NCBI GenBank assembly: GCA_022360535.1
Contig: JAKSCP010000398.1
Span: 1-37,756, forward strand
Direction of reading: 5' to 3'
DNA from: Pseudomonadales bacterium
GTDB lineage: Bacteria > Pseudomonadota > Gammaproteobacteria > Pseudomonadales > Pseudohongiellaceae
DNA length: 37,756 bases
Positions 1 through 8,801 of this stretch are shown one piece after another. How positions within the stretch are numbered: position 1 is the stretch's first letter; every line of letters begins with the position of its first letter. The notes under the pieces are model-generated. The model worked only from the letters and a program-made list of their open reading frames with translations. It was not told the origin of the DNA and did no database searches. The translations under genes were made by a program, and so were the position numbers.

Positions 1-587
1 AGATGACTCAGATGGTCGAGAGAACGGGTCGCTCTGTTTCCTAACTGGTGACAGAGCTGGCAACCTTGCTTGGTCATATCCAGCCACCGATCCTGGCTGA
101 ACATCGCTTCACCTATGCCATTACCATCGCGGCCTGTACCGGGGAACTCCTCTTCGGCCGGTACACGCAGCAGCGAGTACCAGTAATTGGCAGGATAGAC
201 TTGCGCTGCCAATAAGGGATCTTCAGCAATAAATGTCCTGAGCGTGACATTGTCGGTTCCTACCCGCAGCTGTTGTGGTTCGGAATCCACCAAGCCATAT
301 CCTCGCACCCAGACCTTGAACAGCGCGTCGGGCAACTCAGGTAACAGGAATCGACCGTCGTCATCAGTAACCACGATTTTTACGAAATGGGTTGCCAGAT
401 CATCGGTTTCCGCGATCACCCAGACTCCTGCTTCCGGGCCATGTCCGCTGACCACCCGACCCTCAATCACACCGGAATTTGCTACCTGCTGGGCGCTTGC
501 AGGGATGGACCCTAGCAGCGCTAGCAAACCGAGCGCAGCTGCGCGACACAAAATGCTTACCGGAGAATACTTCGAAATGTCAGGCAT
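1..587 (-). CDS. secreted CarboxypepD_reg-like domain protein with a CXXCH haem-binding motif (first 195 codons; gene runs off the window start)
   Basis: Not in the ORF track because no stop lies in the window. The reverse complement from ATG at 587..585 is open to base 1. It reads MPDISKYSPVSILCRAAALGLLALLGSIPASAQQVANSGVIEGRVVSGHGPEAGVWVIAETDDLATHFVKIVVTDDDGRFLLPELPDALFKVWVRGYGLVDS...MTKQGCQLCHQLGN. This shows a signal peptide, a carboxypeptidase-regulatory-like beta-sandwich pattern (DDGRF..LP...Y.V), then CQLCH. Confidence 0.6.
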   Translation of the reverse strand, partial: MPDISKYSPVSILCRAAALGLLALLGSIPASAQQVANSGVIEGRVVSGHGPEAGVWVIAETDDLATHFVKIVVTDDDGRFLLPELPDALFKVWVRGYGLVDSEPQQLRVGTDNVTLRTFIAEDPLLAAQVYPANYWYSLLRVPAEEEFPGTGRDGNGIGEAMFSQDRWLDMTKQGCQLCHQLGNRATRSLDHLSH

Positions 588-748
588 AAATCTAACCCTT
601 TGTTTTAATTCATTTTTATGCAGCTAGACCTGGGGTTTGCAGCGGCCTTGGCAGGCCTGGACAAACCACCCGAATAGTTGCAAGAAGGACACGAAAAATC
701 AATCTCGTCAGTCACTTAGACCCGCTCCAGGAGCACCACCCAGATTCA

Positions 749-787
749 GCCTGTGTCTGGTTCTACAGCAGAGTAACCAAACACGGC
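749..787 (-). other. 13-bp stem-loop in the 311-bp intergenic region upstream of the 1..587 gene
   Basis: Arm 749..762 (GCCTGTGTCTGGTT) pairs with arm 775..787 (AACCAAACACGGC), with one bulge (T752) and a 12-nt loop. The single C-A mismatch on the + strand becomes a G-U wobble on the - strand, which is the direction of both flanking genes. No U-tract follows. Confidence 0.3.
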
Positions 788-898
788 AGGGTAAACTTCC
801 ACGTTTCGAAATAGAGAATAAAAAGTCCGTTTTTCAGAGCGTGCGGCGCACTTGCCGCAGATTCCGAGGCGACTAGCGAAGATCGAATTGGCTAGTTT

Positions 899-2002
899 TC
901 AGCCATTGGAGTTGTGGATCGCGCGGTACTTCTTCGGCGTGATCGCGTGTTTCGCTTTAAACGCCTTATAGAAAGAAGAAAGAGAGGTGTACCCCACATC
1001 GAAGCCAACATTGGAGATCGGCTCATCAGTTTCCGCCAACAGGCGCGAGGTCTCGTCTATGCGATAGTGATTGAGGAAATCACTGAAATTCCGATAGCCC
1101 ATATGGTTGTTGATAGCGCGACGCACCAGATACTCCTGACTTGCCACGTGCTCCGCCAGACCAGCCACTGTGAGATTGGATTGATGGTAGAGTTTTTCAT
1201 CCTCCATCGCACTTTTGATACTGGCCATCAATTCCTGATCCAGTTCATTGGGTGCCTGAGCGCTGGAGCTTACCGCCTGTTTGGTTTTACTTTTTTCAGT
1301 AGAAAGATTCGATACTCGAAATTTCCATAGAATCAAGGCCACTGTCACGAAATACGCATAAATAGAGTACGCAACTTCCGGTAAGGGTGGACCCCTAAAG
1401 AGCGACTCGCCCGCCAGGGTTGTCAACACCCAAACTCCTCGGTTGCCAGCCATCAGAATCAGCAACACCGCTACACACAGAACAAAAATGACCCGCTCTT
1501 TTCTGCGTTCCAATACCAGGTCACTGCGATAGCCTTTAATCGCTATATAAATGGAGGCCAGGGAAAATCCGAACAGCACGGCTTGTGAATATCCCCAGGT
1601 GACAAAGTTAAACAAGGTGCCAAACTCAATTCCATAATTCGCGTAGTAGCTACCTACAGATCGTGCCACTAGAGCAGTGATAGCAAGAGCCCAAACGCTG
1701 CTGTGGACCTGGCTTAACTCACTGTCATCGTCGAAGAGTTTTAGAGCAATCAGCCAGGTGAGTAGTACAGACAAATTGCCAATCCGGTTAAATGCCATCG
1801 TCAGATAGATGGCGAAAGTACTGGAGCTGGGCCGTACTACTGTATTTAAGCCCTCGCCCAATAGACCGGCAATCAGGCTCAAGGCCAGGCAGCCGGCTAA
1901 CACGCCTAATACCGAATGGCGGTGGTAAATCCCTATATAGAGCCCCAATAGCAGCAGATGGGACACGGCGAGGGCAAGAAAGACGACGGTGAGAGCAGGC
2001 AT
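899..2002 (-). CDS. AraC-family transcriptional regulator with a polytopic N-terminal membrane domain
   Basis: The C-terminal ~100 aa match the AraC/XylS double HTH (LTVAGLAEHVASQEYLVRRAINNHMGYRNFSDFLNHYRIDETSRLLAETDEPISNVGFDVGYTSLSSFYKAFKAKHAITPKKYR). The N-terminal ~220 aa contain about 6-7 hydrophobic helices. Confidence 0.85.
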   Translation of the reverse strand: MPALTVVFLALAVSHLLLLGLYIGIYHRHSVLGVLAGCLALSLIAGLLGEGLNTVVRPSSSTFAIYLTMAFNRIGNLSVLLTWLIALKLFDDDSELSQVHSSVWALAITALVARSVGSYYANYGIEFGTLFNFVTWGYSQAVLFGFSLASIYIAIKGYRSDLVLERRKERVIFVLCVAVLLILMAGNRGVWVLTTLAGESLFRGPPLPEVAYSIYAYFVTVALILWKFRVSNLSTEKSKTKQAVSSSAQAPNELDQELMASIKSAMEDEKLYHQSNLTVAGLAEHVASQEYLVRRAINNHMGYRNFSDFLNHYRIDETSRLLAETDEPISNVGFDVGYTSLSSFYKAFKAKHAITPKKYRAIHNSNG

Positions 2003-2114
2003 AGGGCTAATTCACACTGACACACTGAATAGTCGCCGACAGAGCAGGCGGTCATTCAGGAGTTTAGAAAAATTCGCGTTTGCCCGCCACACCTTCGGAC
2101 AAGTGGAACCAGCA

Positions 2115-2441
2115 CTAGCTTGAGAAGAGCCTGTCCCGACAATCCGGGCACACACCGTGAGTAAGCTTGAGACCCGCCTCTTTTCGTTGCAGATAGTCTT
2201 CTATTTCAGTCCAGTTACCATTTTCATCTCGGGTTTTCTTGCAGCTGGAGCAGATCGGTAGAAAGGACTCCAGGGCCATGACGCGGTTTTCCAGTTCGAA
2301 TACTCGTCGGAAACTCTGGTTCTTTCTATGCAGGATGGAAATTCCTAAAAATACTGCCAGCATATTCATTGCGAGACTTGGCAGATAAGCTGTGCGTTCG
2401 GCGTACAACAGAACAACCATACTCCAGCAAGCCATAGTCAT
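2115..2441 (-). CDS. small membrane-anchored protein with a C-terminal four-cysteine (CxxC...CxxC) tail
   Basis: 108 aa with two N-terminal hydrophobic helices and a short coiled segment (RRVFELENRVMALESF). The tail reads LPICSSCKKTRDENGNWTEIEDYLQRKEAGLKLTHGVCPDCRDRL. Its ATG (2441..2439) shares one base with the TAA stop of the upstream ORF (TAATG). Confidence 0.6.
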   Translation of the reverse strand: MTMACWSMVVLLYAERTAYLPSLAMNMLAVFLGISILHRKNQSFRRVFELENRVMALESFLPICSSCKKTRDENGNWTEIEDYLQRKEAGLKLTHGVCPDCRDRLFSS

Positions 2442-2848
2442 TAGATAAAGACTAAATGCCGCATGGAGGTTACAGCCAGGGCAACTCCCAGCAGAGCTAT
2501 TGCCAAAAACAGCAAACCGCTTTCAGTAATAGTGAGTATTTCCAGGAGTGGATAGAACAACACTGGCAATGCACAAACCGCTGAAGTCGTGTTGGCCCAC
2601 TCTGGCTTGATGAATCGCAATTTGTGCAAAACCAGGGCAACCAGCAGCAGCAAAAAGGAAATGGTAAAAAATCCATACCAACCCGTCGGCATTTCTCCAG
2701 TAATACGGATTAGATCACGTACACCTGTCAGCGCTACGATTCCAAAAATACTTCCGATAAGAAAAGGTAGGAGATCGAATTGGTTCTTCGCGAGCTGCTT
2801 GTGCCAATCTTCCTGGATCATTATTTTTAGTGCTGATTCGCTACTCAA
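2441..2848 (-). CDS. hypothetical integral membrane protein (about 4 TM), translationally coupled to 2115..2441
   Basis: 135 aa, ATG start, four hydrophobic segments. The stop overlaps the next gene's start (TAATG). I recognise no family. Confidence 0.5.
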   Translation of the reverse strand: MSSESALKIMIQEDWHKQLAKNQFDLLPFLIGSIFGIVALTGVRDLIRITGEMPTGWYGFFTISFLLLLVALVLHKLRFIKPEWANTTSAVCALPVLFYPLLEILTITESGLLFLAIALLGVALAVTSMRHLVFI

Positions 2849-3089
2849 TTAGAGGTAGGGACAGAATTTGCTTTCTTTCTATGCATTGAGACATAGATTA
2901 TCAGTGATATACACCCCTATCGCGCAGCCTGCGTTGATTTGTCGCACCGAAACTTAGGATTTCGTCAAATGCGTGGTCTATTCACTCAGTTTCAGTCATG
3001 GTATTCACGGGAAGCGGACATTAGACTTGATACTGTAATCTCTCTATAGTGCGCTCGTAGCCTCACAAAGTTTAAAAAATAGACGCTCA

Positions 3090-4100
3090 ATGCATCGGAT
3101 AACACCATTATTAGCAACCAGTTTGCTGTTCTTTTCTTCGCTAACTGTCGGCCAAACACTCTTCTCCGAACGTCTTCCCAGTTCCATCCTGAACGTCAGC
3201 CCGCCCTCGACCCGGGTTGCTGGTGAACCAGGGGATATGTTCTACACCGAAAGAAGTTGCTCATCGGCGCCTTTAGCTGATGCCCGCAGCAGAATTGTCC
3301 ACACCGCCACCCAGGAGTGGGCCTATTTCGGTTTTAGCGTGCTGGATCTGGTACCCACCCGAGATTCCAATCCCAACTATGTACGGCAGCCCTGGCGTCG
3401 CACCTTGATTGCTCCGGATGAAGCCCTGCGAGTCGCGACCTCCATTGCCGGCTATTGGTCTTCGACGCCAAACAGCACCTGGATACTGGAACGTCAAAAT
3501 CAATCATGGGACAGCCGGGGGCCAGGTTCCCGCTGGCGCAATCCCTGGTCCGCCGCATTCATCTCTTGGGTGATGTGCGAAAGCGGGTTGGGACAACCTG
3601 AAGTTTTTCAGCGCGCCATCGCCCATCACAGTTATATCGATCAGGCCATAGAAGCGGCAGATTCCCAGGATTCAACAGCGGCCTACCGCGCCTTAAACCC
3701 TGGTGAACAAGCAATCTTACCCGGTGACATGTTATGCCGTGGCTCACGCCCGGCCTATCGCTCCATCGAGGCAAGACGGGAACAGATGGGAATGGGAGCA
3801 CGCAGTCATTGCGATATCGTCGTGAAACTGGATCCTGACAACGGCCGCATCATGCTGATTGGTGGCAACGTACGCAGTTGGGTACGATTGAAACTCTTAC
3901 CTGCAGAGATTAATGAGCATGGTCATCTTGCCCCCGTGCCCTACAATGGCAGAACCATCTTTGCCCATCTTCAACTGCAGGCTGAAGCAGTCTCGAACGA
4001 TGTGTTAGAGCAGAGCCCTACTCTACAGTCATTGAGTTGCGAGAGTTCAACCTCGTCACTACGACCGATACAAGAAACTCTTTTTAGCGATTGCTCCTGA
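3090..4100 (+). CDS. secreted DUF2272-like protein (possible cell-wall hydrolase-like fold)
   Basis: Signal peptide MHRITPLLATSLLFFSSLTVGQT. Motifs NPWSAAFISWVM, PGDMLCRG and HCDIVVKLD...IMLIGGNV resemble my recollection of DUF2272 proteins. Confidence 0.55.
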   Translation: MHRITPLLATSLLFFSSLTVGQTLFSERLPSSILNVSPPSTRVAGEPGDMFYTERSCSSAPLADARSRIVHTATQEWAYFGFSVLDLVPTRDSNPNYVRQPWRRTLIAPDEALRVATSIAGYWSSTPNSTWILERQNQSWDSRGPGSRWRNPWSAAFISWVMCESGLGQPEVFQRAIAHHSYIDQAIEAADSQDSTAAYRALNPGEQAILPGDMLCRGSRPAYRSIEARREQMGMGARSHCDIVVKLDPDNGRIMLIGGNVRSWVRLKLLPAEINEHGHLAPVPYNGRTIFAHLQLQAEAVSNDVLEQSPTLQSLSCESSTSSLRPIQETLFSDCS

Positions 4101-4164
4101 ACTTTGAATCGATTTCTTTGGTCAACAAGCCAGAGACTCGCCTGACCTCCTCTCCGAAAATGTT

Positions 4165-4740
4165 ATGGCTAAGCTTTACTTCTATTACTCCTCGATGAAT
4201 GCGGGAAAATCCACGTCGTTGTTGCAGTCCAGCTACAACTACAAAGAAAGAGGCATGAACACACTAATTCTGGCACCGGAATTAGATGACCGTTATGGAG
4301 TAGGAAAAGTCACGTCGCGCATCGGATTGGAATCTGATGCAATCAGCTTCAAAGCGGCTGACGACCTATTCAAGGTTGTATCTGAACAGAACGAACAACA
4401 AGCTTTGCATTGTGTATTGATCGACGAAGCACAATTTCTGAGCAAACAACAGGTATACCAACTTGGCGAAGTGACCGACGAACTGAACATTCCCGTACTT
4501 GCTTATGGACTACGTACAGACTTTAGAGGCGAACCGTTCGAAGGCAGCAAATACCTGTTGGCCTGGTCTGATAATCTCAAAGAATTGAAGGCCATCTGCC
4601 ACTGTGGAGCCAAGGCAACAATGGTAGTCAGAATGGGCGATGATGGCACTCCCATAAAGGAAGGCTCGCAAGTGGAAATCGGTGGCAACGACCGCTACGT
4701 TTCCATGTGTCGCCGTCATTTTCGCGAGCTTGTTGGCTAG
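4165..4740 (+). CDS. tdk: thymidine kinase
   Basis: [21 protein letters not shown] (P-loop), [25 protein letters not shown], and the zinc-ribbon cysteines CHCG...MCRRH. Length 191 aa. Confidence 0.95.
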   Translation: MAKLYFYYSSMNAGKSTSLLQSSYNYKERGMNTLILAPELDDRYGVGKVTSRIGLESDAISFKAADDLFKVVSEQNEQQALHCVLIDEAQFLSKQQVYQLGEVTDELNIPVLAYGLRTDFRGEPFEGSKYLLAWSDNLKELKAICHCGAKATMVVRMGDDGTPIKEGSQVEIGGNDRYVSMCRRHFRELVG

Positions 4741-4987
4741 TCTGCGGTCCGGAATCGAGCATTCGCTCTTTATCTATTTCTTCTCTGTAGGAATTTTCCT
4801 GCGACGGTTCATCGCGTTGCTACTGTGTATGGCGATGCCATAAAAATTGCGAACCACTTCGCACAAATCGTCGATTTCCTCATTCAATGCGACCTAATTC
4901 GAATCGTTATTGTGATCTGCGTAACTCATTGTAGTGTCCAAATCACTATTCTAGAGTCATGTCGATTAGCTGACTGGTAATGTAGTA

Positions 4988-5713
4988 ATGAAACTGGACA
5001 CCGAATTTAGTCGCGATATACAGGACTCGAAAGAGATTGCTGAATTTATGCAAATGGCATTTCTGCAGAAGTGGCAATTTAGCTGCATGCAGATGGTGCG
5101 TAACCATCTCTGCTCTGAAGAAGTTGCCATACTGGACGTCAATGTGTTCGATGAGAATTTCATTGTGGACAGTGAGGTCCTTACAGTAGCGACTCAGGAA
5201 GCCAGGTCTGTGACTTTCAGGGCGCAAAGCGGAGGTTTATCTTTAATCTTCAAGACGCGCCCTCTCAAACTCAATCTGGATCCTTCGGTGTGTGAATGCA
5301 AATTTGAACTTCCAGAATGCCTGCGATTTTCCCAGCTAAGAAAGGCAGTAAGAATTAACTTTCGGAATCAACCTGAAATCCGGGCCAATCTCTTTGCCGG
5401 AAGCGGCGAAAAATTCGACGGCCAACTGATGGATCTCTCCACTGCAGGCGCAAAAATTCAATTGCTCGGAGATCTTACCAATCAGCTCGAACCCAGTCAG
5501 ATTATTGAAGACTGTCAGTTTTTACTGCCGAGTAATGAACTGTTGGATTTGCGAGCACAGATTCGAGGCGTGGCTTACGACACAGATAGAGGAATAAGCA
5601 TCGTTCGCTGTGAATTTATCGATTTGAATCGCGAGATCTTCGAACAGCTCGAGGGTCTACTTGAGAATGCATGCGCTATTCCATTCGAACCGGAACTTCG
5701 CGTTGCCAGCTAG
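4988..5713 (+). CDS. YcgR-like PilZ-domain c-di-GMP binding protein (paralog 1)
   Basis: Canonical PilZ motifs are present: LRKAVR (RxxxR) and DLSTAGAKI (DxSxxG). The N-terminal half resembles a YcgR/PilZN domain. It is collinear with 17365..18093. Confidence 0.75.
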   Translation: MKLDTEFSRDIQDSKEIAEFMQMAFLQKWQFSCMQMVRNHLCSEEVAILDVNVFDENFIVDSEVLTVATQEARSVTFRAQSGGLSLIFKTRPLKLNLDPSVCECKFELPECLRFSQLRKAVRINFRNQPEIRANLFAGSGEKFDGQLMDLSTAGAKIQLLGDLTNQLEPSQIIEDCQFLLPSNELLDLRAQIRGVAYDTDRGISIVRCEFIDLNREIFEQLEGLLENACAIPFEPELRVAS

Positions 5714-5725
5714 AGTCGCTGACAG

Positions 5726-8029
5726 CTACTGGAACTCGTAGCGCAGTTCGATGCCGTATCTGCGCGCCTCTCCCCACAGCACCGCTCGATCTGCATGCGG
5801 TAAGTTATCGAGAGCAAAGTTCACGTAGTCTTCTTCCAACGCATTCTTTACCCAGGCAGAGAGACTGAATCGTTCAGTCATAAAAGGAATATCAACCAGA
5901 GACACTCTGGCATTAAGCAGCTCAAACGCCCCCCGATCCATATTAGGGTTCTGTCCATCACGATCGTCGACATAGTTGTAGTTCAAGTTTAGAACAGGTT
6001 GACCGATCGCTGTAGGTGCTAGCTGATAGTCAAAATTCAGAGTAAGCGTGTTTTGTGGCGCATTGGGAAAGGTGAATGAACGCGCAAGCCCTGTGAAAGG
6101 ATTGATCACGTCGTCAATATCGGAATCCAAATAAGCGTAATCCAGACGGCCGAGCAAGCCAGGTGCAAGATACCCCATTATCTCAAGCTCTACGCCACTG
6201 ACAGTTGCCGATCCACTGTTTAGAACCCGGGTATCGCTCAGGCTGTTTGGCAAAAGAAAATTGAGCTGAAGATCGTCAAACTCTGAATAAAAGAACGCGC
6301 TGTTGAGGCGTAAGCGCCGATCCGCAAGCTCACCTTTGAACCCCAGCTCAAAGGTTCGATTGTGCTCATCGTCGAATCCTCGAGCAAAAAAATCCGGGTC
6401 TGGATCGCGGGTATTAAAGCCACCACTTTTATAGGCTTCTACAAATTTAACGTAGGAAACCAGTGAATCAGACCAATCAAATTCAGCCATGGCGGTAAAC
6501 GAATTGTCGTTGAAATCGCGACTGGCCGACGCGCTGAAATCGATGGGTTCCAGCGGCCCAATATAAGTCTCGCCAGTATCGATGTAGCTGTTTTGCATGA
6601 ACAACCTGTCGACACTGCGGTCGTCCCAGGAAGTGCGCCAACCCAGTGAGAGATGAAGGCGCGAGTCCAACAGGCCGGGCGTCCAGGTGGCCTGCCCATA
6701 TATAGCGAGCGCTTCATTCTCAATCAGGTTCTGCTCACCACGGAAATTAACGACATCTACGGCATCGTTTGCAGCCAACAGCGGAAAAGTGAAGATATGG
6801 TGCATGGGTAAATCGGATTCGGCCGCATCCTCTTCAAAGTAGTAGAGCCCAAACACGTATTGGAGATCTTCATTCCACTCACCCAGAATCTGCAGTTCCT
6901 GAGAAAACTGTTGATGATCCAATGGGGTTCGTTTCGCTTCAAAGCGGAGAGGGTTCGGTCCGTTGGCGCCCAAGGTAACGCTATTCACGTCGAGGCGATA
7001 TTCACTGGATGACCCGCCGGCAAAATCCAGATAGTTTTCGTCCTCCATATCCCGCCAGGCACTGATCGATTTGAAAGTGAAACTGGGCAGCACCCACTCC
7101 AACGTCAAGGCATGGCCTTCAATCGAGGTATCAGATGGCAACAGTGGCACCGAGGTAGACATCTGCTCCAGACGATCATCACTGAATGGAACAAACCGAA
7201 TAGCACTCAACGTGGCCTCATCCTGAGCGGTACCAGATTCCGTGCCGGGTATGACAGCTTGTGGTGAATAGTTATGGCTTTCGATTCTGGATTTATCAAA
7301 GCTGTAATCCAGAGTCAGGTTTTCTGCCACCCGCCAACGCCAATCGAACCGATAGGCTTCGGCATCCCGGTCACCAAAATCACGACCGGGCCCTTCATTG
7401 CTCACAAACCCATCGATACTGTCCGTTAACAATGAAAACTTGACCGCATGTCGTTCACCGAGCGGCACATTGAGAATCGACTTGATAAACCGCTGGTCCC
7501 GATTGCCCACTCCAAGCATTTGTTCAAAGCGCAGGGACTCGGTAGAAGGCTTGCGTGAAACCAGGTTCAGGGCACCCCCGGTTGTGTTGCGCCCGTACAG
7601 GGTACCTTGTGGACCGCGCAGCACCTCGATGCGTTCCAGATCTGCAATCTCTGTCGCCAACCCTGTGGAACGCGCGATGTAAACACCATCCAAGTACACA
7701 CCTACCGCCGGATCCTGGGTAATCTGCACATCGGTAACGCCTACACCACGAATGAAGAGTCGCAAGGTTTTGTTGTTTGCGGGAAACTGATCGGCGAAAA
7801 AGTTTGGTACCTGCGCAATGATGTCATCGATACCGTTAATGCCCAGGGTTTGCAGGTTTTCGCGATTAAGAGAAACCAGGGAGATTGGCGTGCTCTGTGC
7901 CACTTCCTCACGCCGCTGAGCCGTGACTACAACTTCCTCCAGTCGACTGGCTTGTTCTGCTGCCTGTACCCCTGACACGTGAAGAGAAATCACAAAAACT
8001 GCTACCAAGAAAAAATTAACTCTACTCAT
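5726..8029 (-). CDS. TonB-dependent outer-membrane receptor
   Basis: Signal peptide, plug-domain start LEEVVVTAQRREE...TPISLVSL, IEVLRGPQGTLYGRNTTGGALNL, and a long beta-barrel ending YGIELRYEFQ. Its ATG overlaps the mlaA stop (ATGA at 8029..8026). Confidence 0.9.
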   Translation of the reverse strand: MSRVNFFLVAVFVISLHVSGVQAAEQASRLEEVVVTAQRREEVAQSTPISLVSLNRENLQTLGINGIDDIIAQVPNFFADQFPANNKTLRLFIRGVGVTDVQITQDPAVGVYLDGVYIARSTGLATEIADLERIEVLRGPQGTLYGRNTTGGALNLVSRKPSTESLRFEQMLGVGNRDQRFIKSILNVPLGERHAVKFSLLTDSIDGFVSNEGPGRDFGDRDAEAYRFDWRWRVAENLTLDYSFDKSRIESHNYSPQAVIPGTESGTAQDEATLSAIRFVPFSDDRLEQMSTSVPLLPSDTSIEGHALTLEWVLPSFTFKSISAWRDMEDENYLDFAGGSSSEYRLDVNSVTLGANGPNPLRFEAKRTPLDHQQFSQELQILGEWNEDLQYVFGLYYFEEDAAESDLPMHHIFTFPLLAANDAVDVVNFRGEQNLIENEALAIYGQATWTPGLLDSRLHLSLGWRTSWDDRSVDRLFMQNSYIDTGETYIGPLEPIDFSASASRDFNDNSFTAMAEFDWSDSLVSYVKFVEAYKSGGFNTRDPDPDFFARGFDDEHNRTFELGFKGELADRRLRLNSAFFYSEFDDLQLNFLLPNSLSDTRVLNSGSATVSGVELEIMGYLAPGLLGRLDYAYLDSDIDDVINPFTGLARSFTFPNAPQNTLTLNFDYQLAPTAIGQPVLNLNYNYVDDRDGQNPNMDRGAFELLNARVSLVDIPFMTERFSLSAWVKNALEEDYVNFALDNLPHADRAVLWGEARRYGIELRYEFQ

Positions 8030-8796
8030 AGATCAAAAAAATCGTCCAAATTTGAAGTCGGCACATTGCCATCGTATATCAAAAACTCACGCCGCTGTAT
8101 AAAGGCATCTCTTGTAAACAGGTAACGATCCAGCGCACTCTCATCTCTTACTTCCGTCTGTACCAATACTTCAGCGCGACGATTCACCAAATACAGGGCT
8201 GACAGGGGCACCATGACGGTAACCGGTGTATAGAATAGGGGATTAAGTAGGCCACTCATTAATAGATCCGGTGTATAGCGTTCGGTATAGGGTCCAAACA
8301 GGGGAAGGTACAGGTAGGAGCCGGAGTCAACTCCCCACACAGCCAGGGTTTGCCCAAAATCTTCTTCGTGTATGGGAATCTGCAGTGCGGTGGCCACATC
8401 GAAAATACCCCCTACTCCCAGCGTTGTATTCACTACGAGTCGCCCTACGTCTGAGACACCTTCTATAAACTTCCCTTGCAGGAAGTTGTTAAGCATCGTG
8501 TTGGGGTAGAACAGATTGCCAAAAAAATTACTGACCCCTAATCGAACTCCTCGGGGTAAATCCTCAACATAAGACTCTGCGGCTGGAATCATTAGACTGG
8601 CATCCAGTGAATCACTGGATTCAAATCGCTCTCGATTACGAGCTTCAAAAGGGTCATCAACTATGGTTTGACCAACTGTGCTATACCCATTGCACAGCAG
8701 CAATACAATAAGAGACGTAACTAGCCTGAGTCTGTTACAAATCTCAGCAATAACACAAAGAGAATAGGAACCTGAATTAAAAATAACGTAATTCAC
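8026..8796 (-). CDS. mlaA: MlaA/VacJ-family outer-membrane lipoprotein
   Basis: DPFEARNR...VSNFFGNLFYPNTMLNNFLQGKF...NTTLGVGGIFDVA...LYLPLFGP...RDAFIQRREF aligns along its length with E. coli MlaA as I recall it. Lipobox LLLC. GTG start at 8796; the exact start is uncertain. Confidence 0.85.
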   Translation of the reverse strand: MNYVIFNSGSYSLCVIAEICNRLRLVTSLIVLLLCNGYSTVGQTIVDDPFEARNRERFESSDSLDASLMIPAAESYVEDLPRGVRLGVSNFFGNLFYPNTMLNNFLQGKFIEGVSDVGRLVVNTTLGVGGIFDVATALQIPIHEEDFGQTLAVWGVDSGSYLYLPLFGPYTERYTPDLLMSGLLNPLFYTPVTVMVPLSALYLVNRRAEVLVQTEVRDESALDRYLFTRDAFIQRREFLIYDGNVPTSNLDDFFDL

Positions 8797-8801
8797 TCAG
8801 G

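Noticed and set aside
244-627. 127-aa + strand ORF from the track
   Set aside because: It lies antisense to a much better minus-strand reading frame (1..587) that has a signal peptide, a recognisable domain pattern and CXXCH. Its translation is Ser/Pro/Thr-rich and low-complexity, typical of a shadow ORF.
637-876. 79-aa + strand ORF in the intergenic region
   Set aside because: The translation is highly basic and Arg/Gln/Pro-rich, with no RBS and no recognisable motif. It lies between two minus-strand genes and overlaps predicted RNA hairpins.
914-1330. 138-aa + strand ORF
   Set aside because: It lies entirely inside and antisense to the AraC-family gene, whose HTH motifs are unambiguous.
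4844-4858. Hairpin TATGGC-gat-GCCATA after tdk as a terminator
   Set aside because: It is followed by an A-run rather than a T-run on the + strand, and on the minus strand the T-run precedes the stem. So it does not fit an intrinsic terminator for either flanking gene.
4885-4910. tRNA-like T-loop sequence (AATTCGAATCG) in the tdk-PilZ intergenic region
   Set aside because: There is no flanking GG/CC T-stem, acceptor stem or anticodon arm. No other tRNA-like or rRNA-like sequence was seen in the window.
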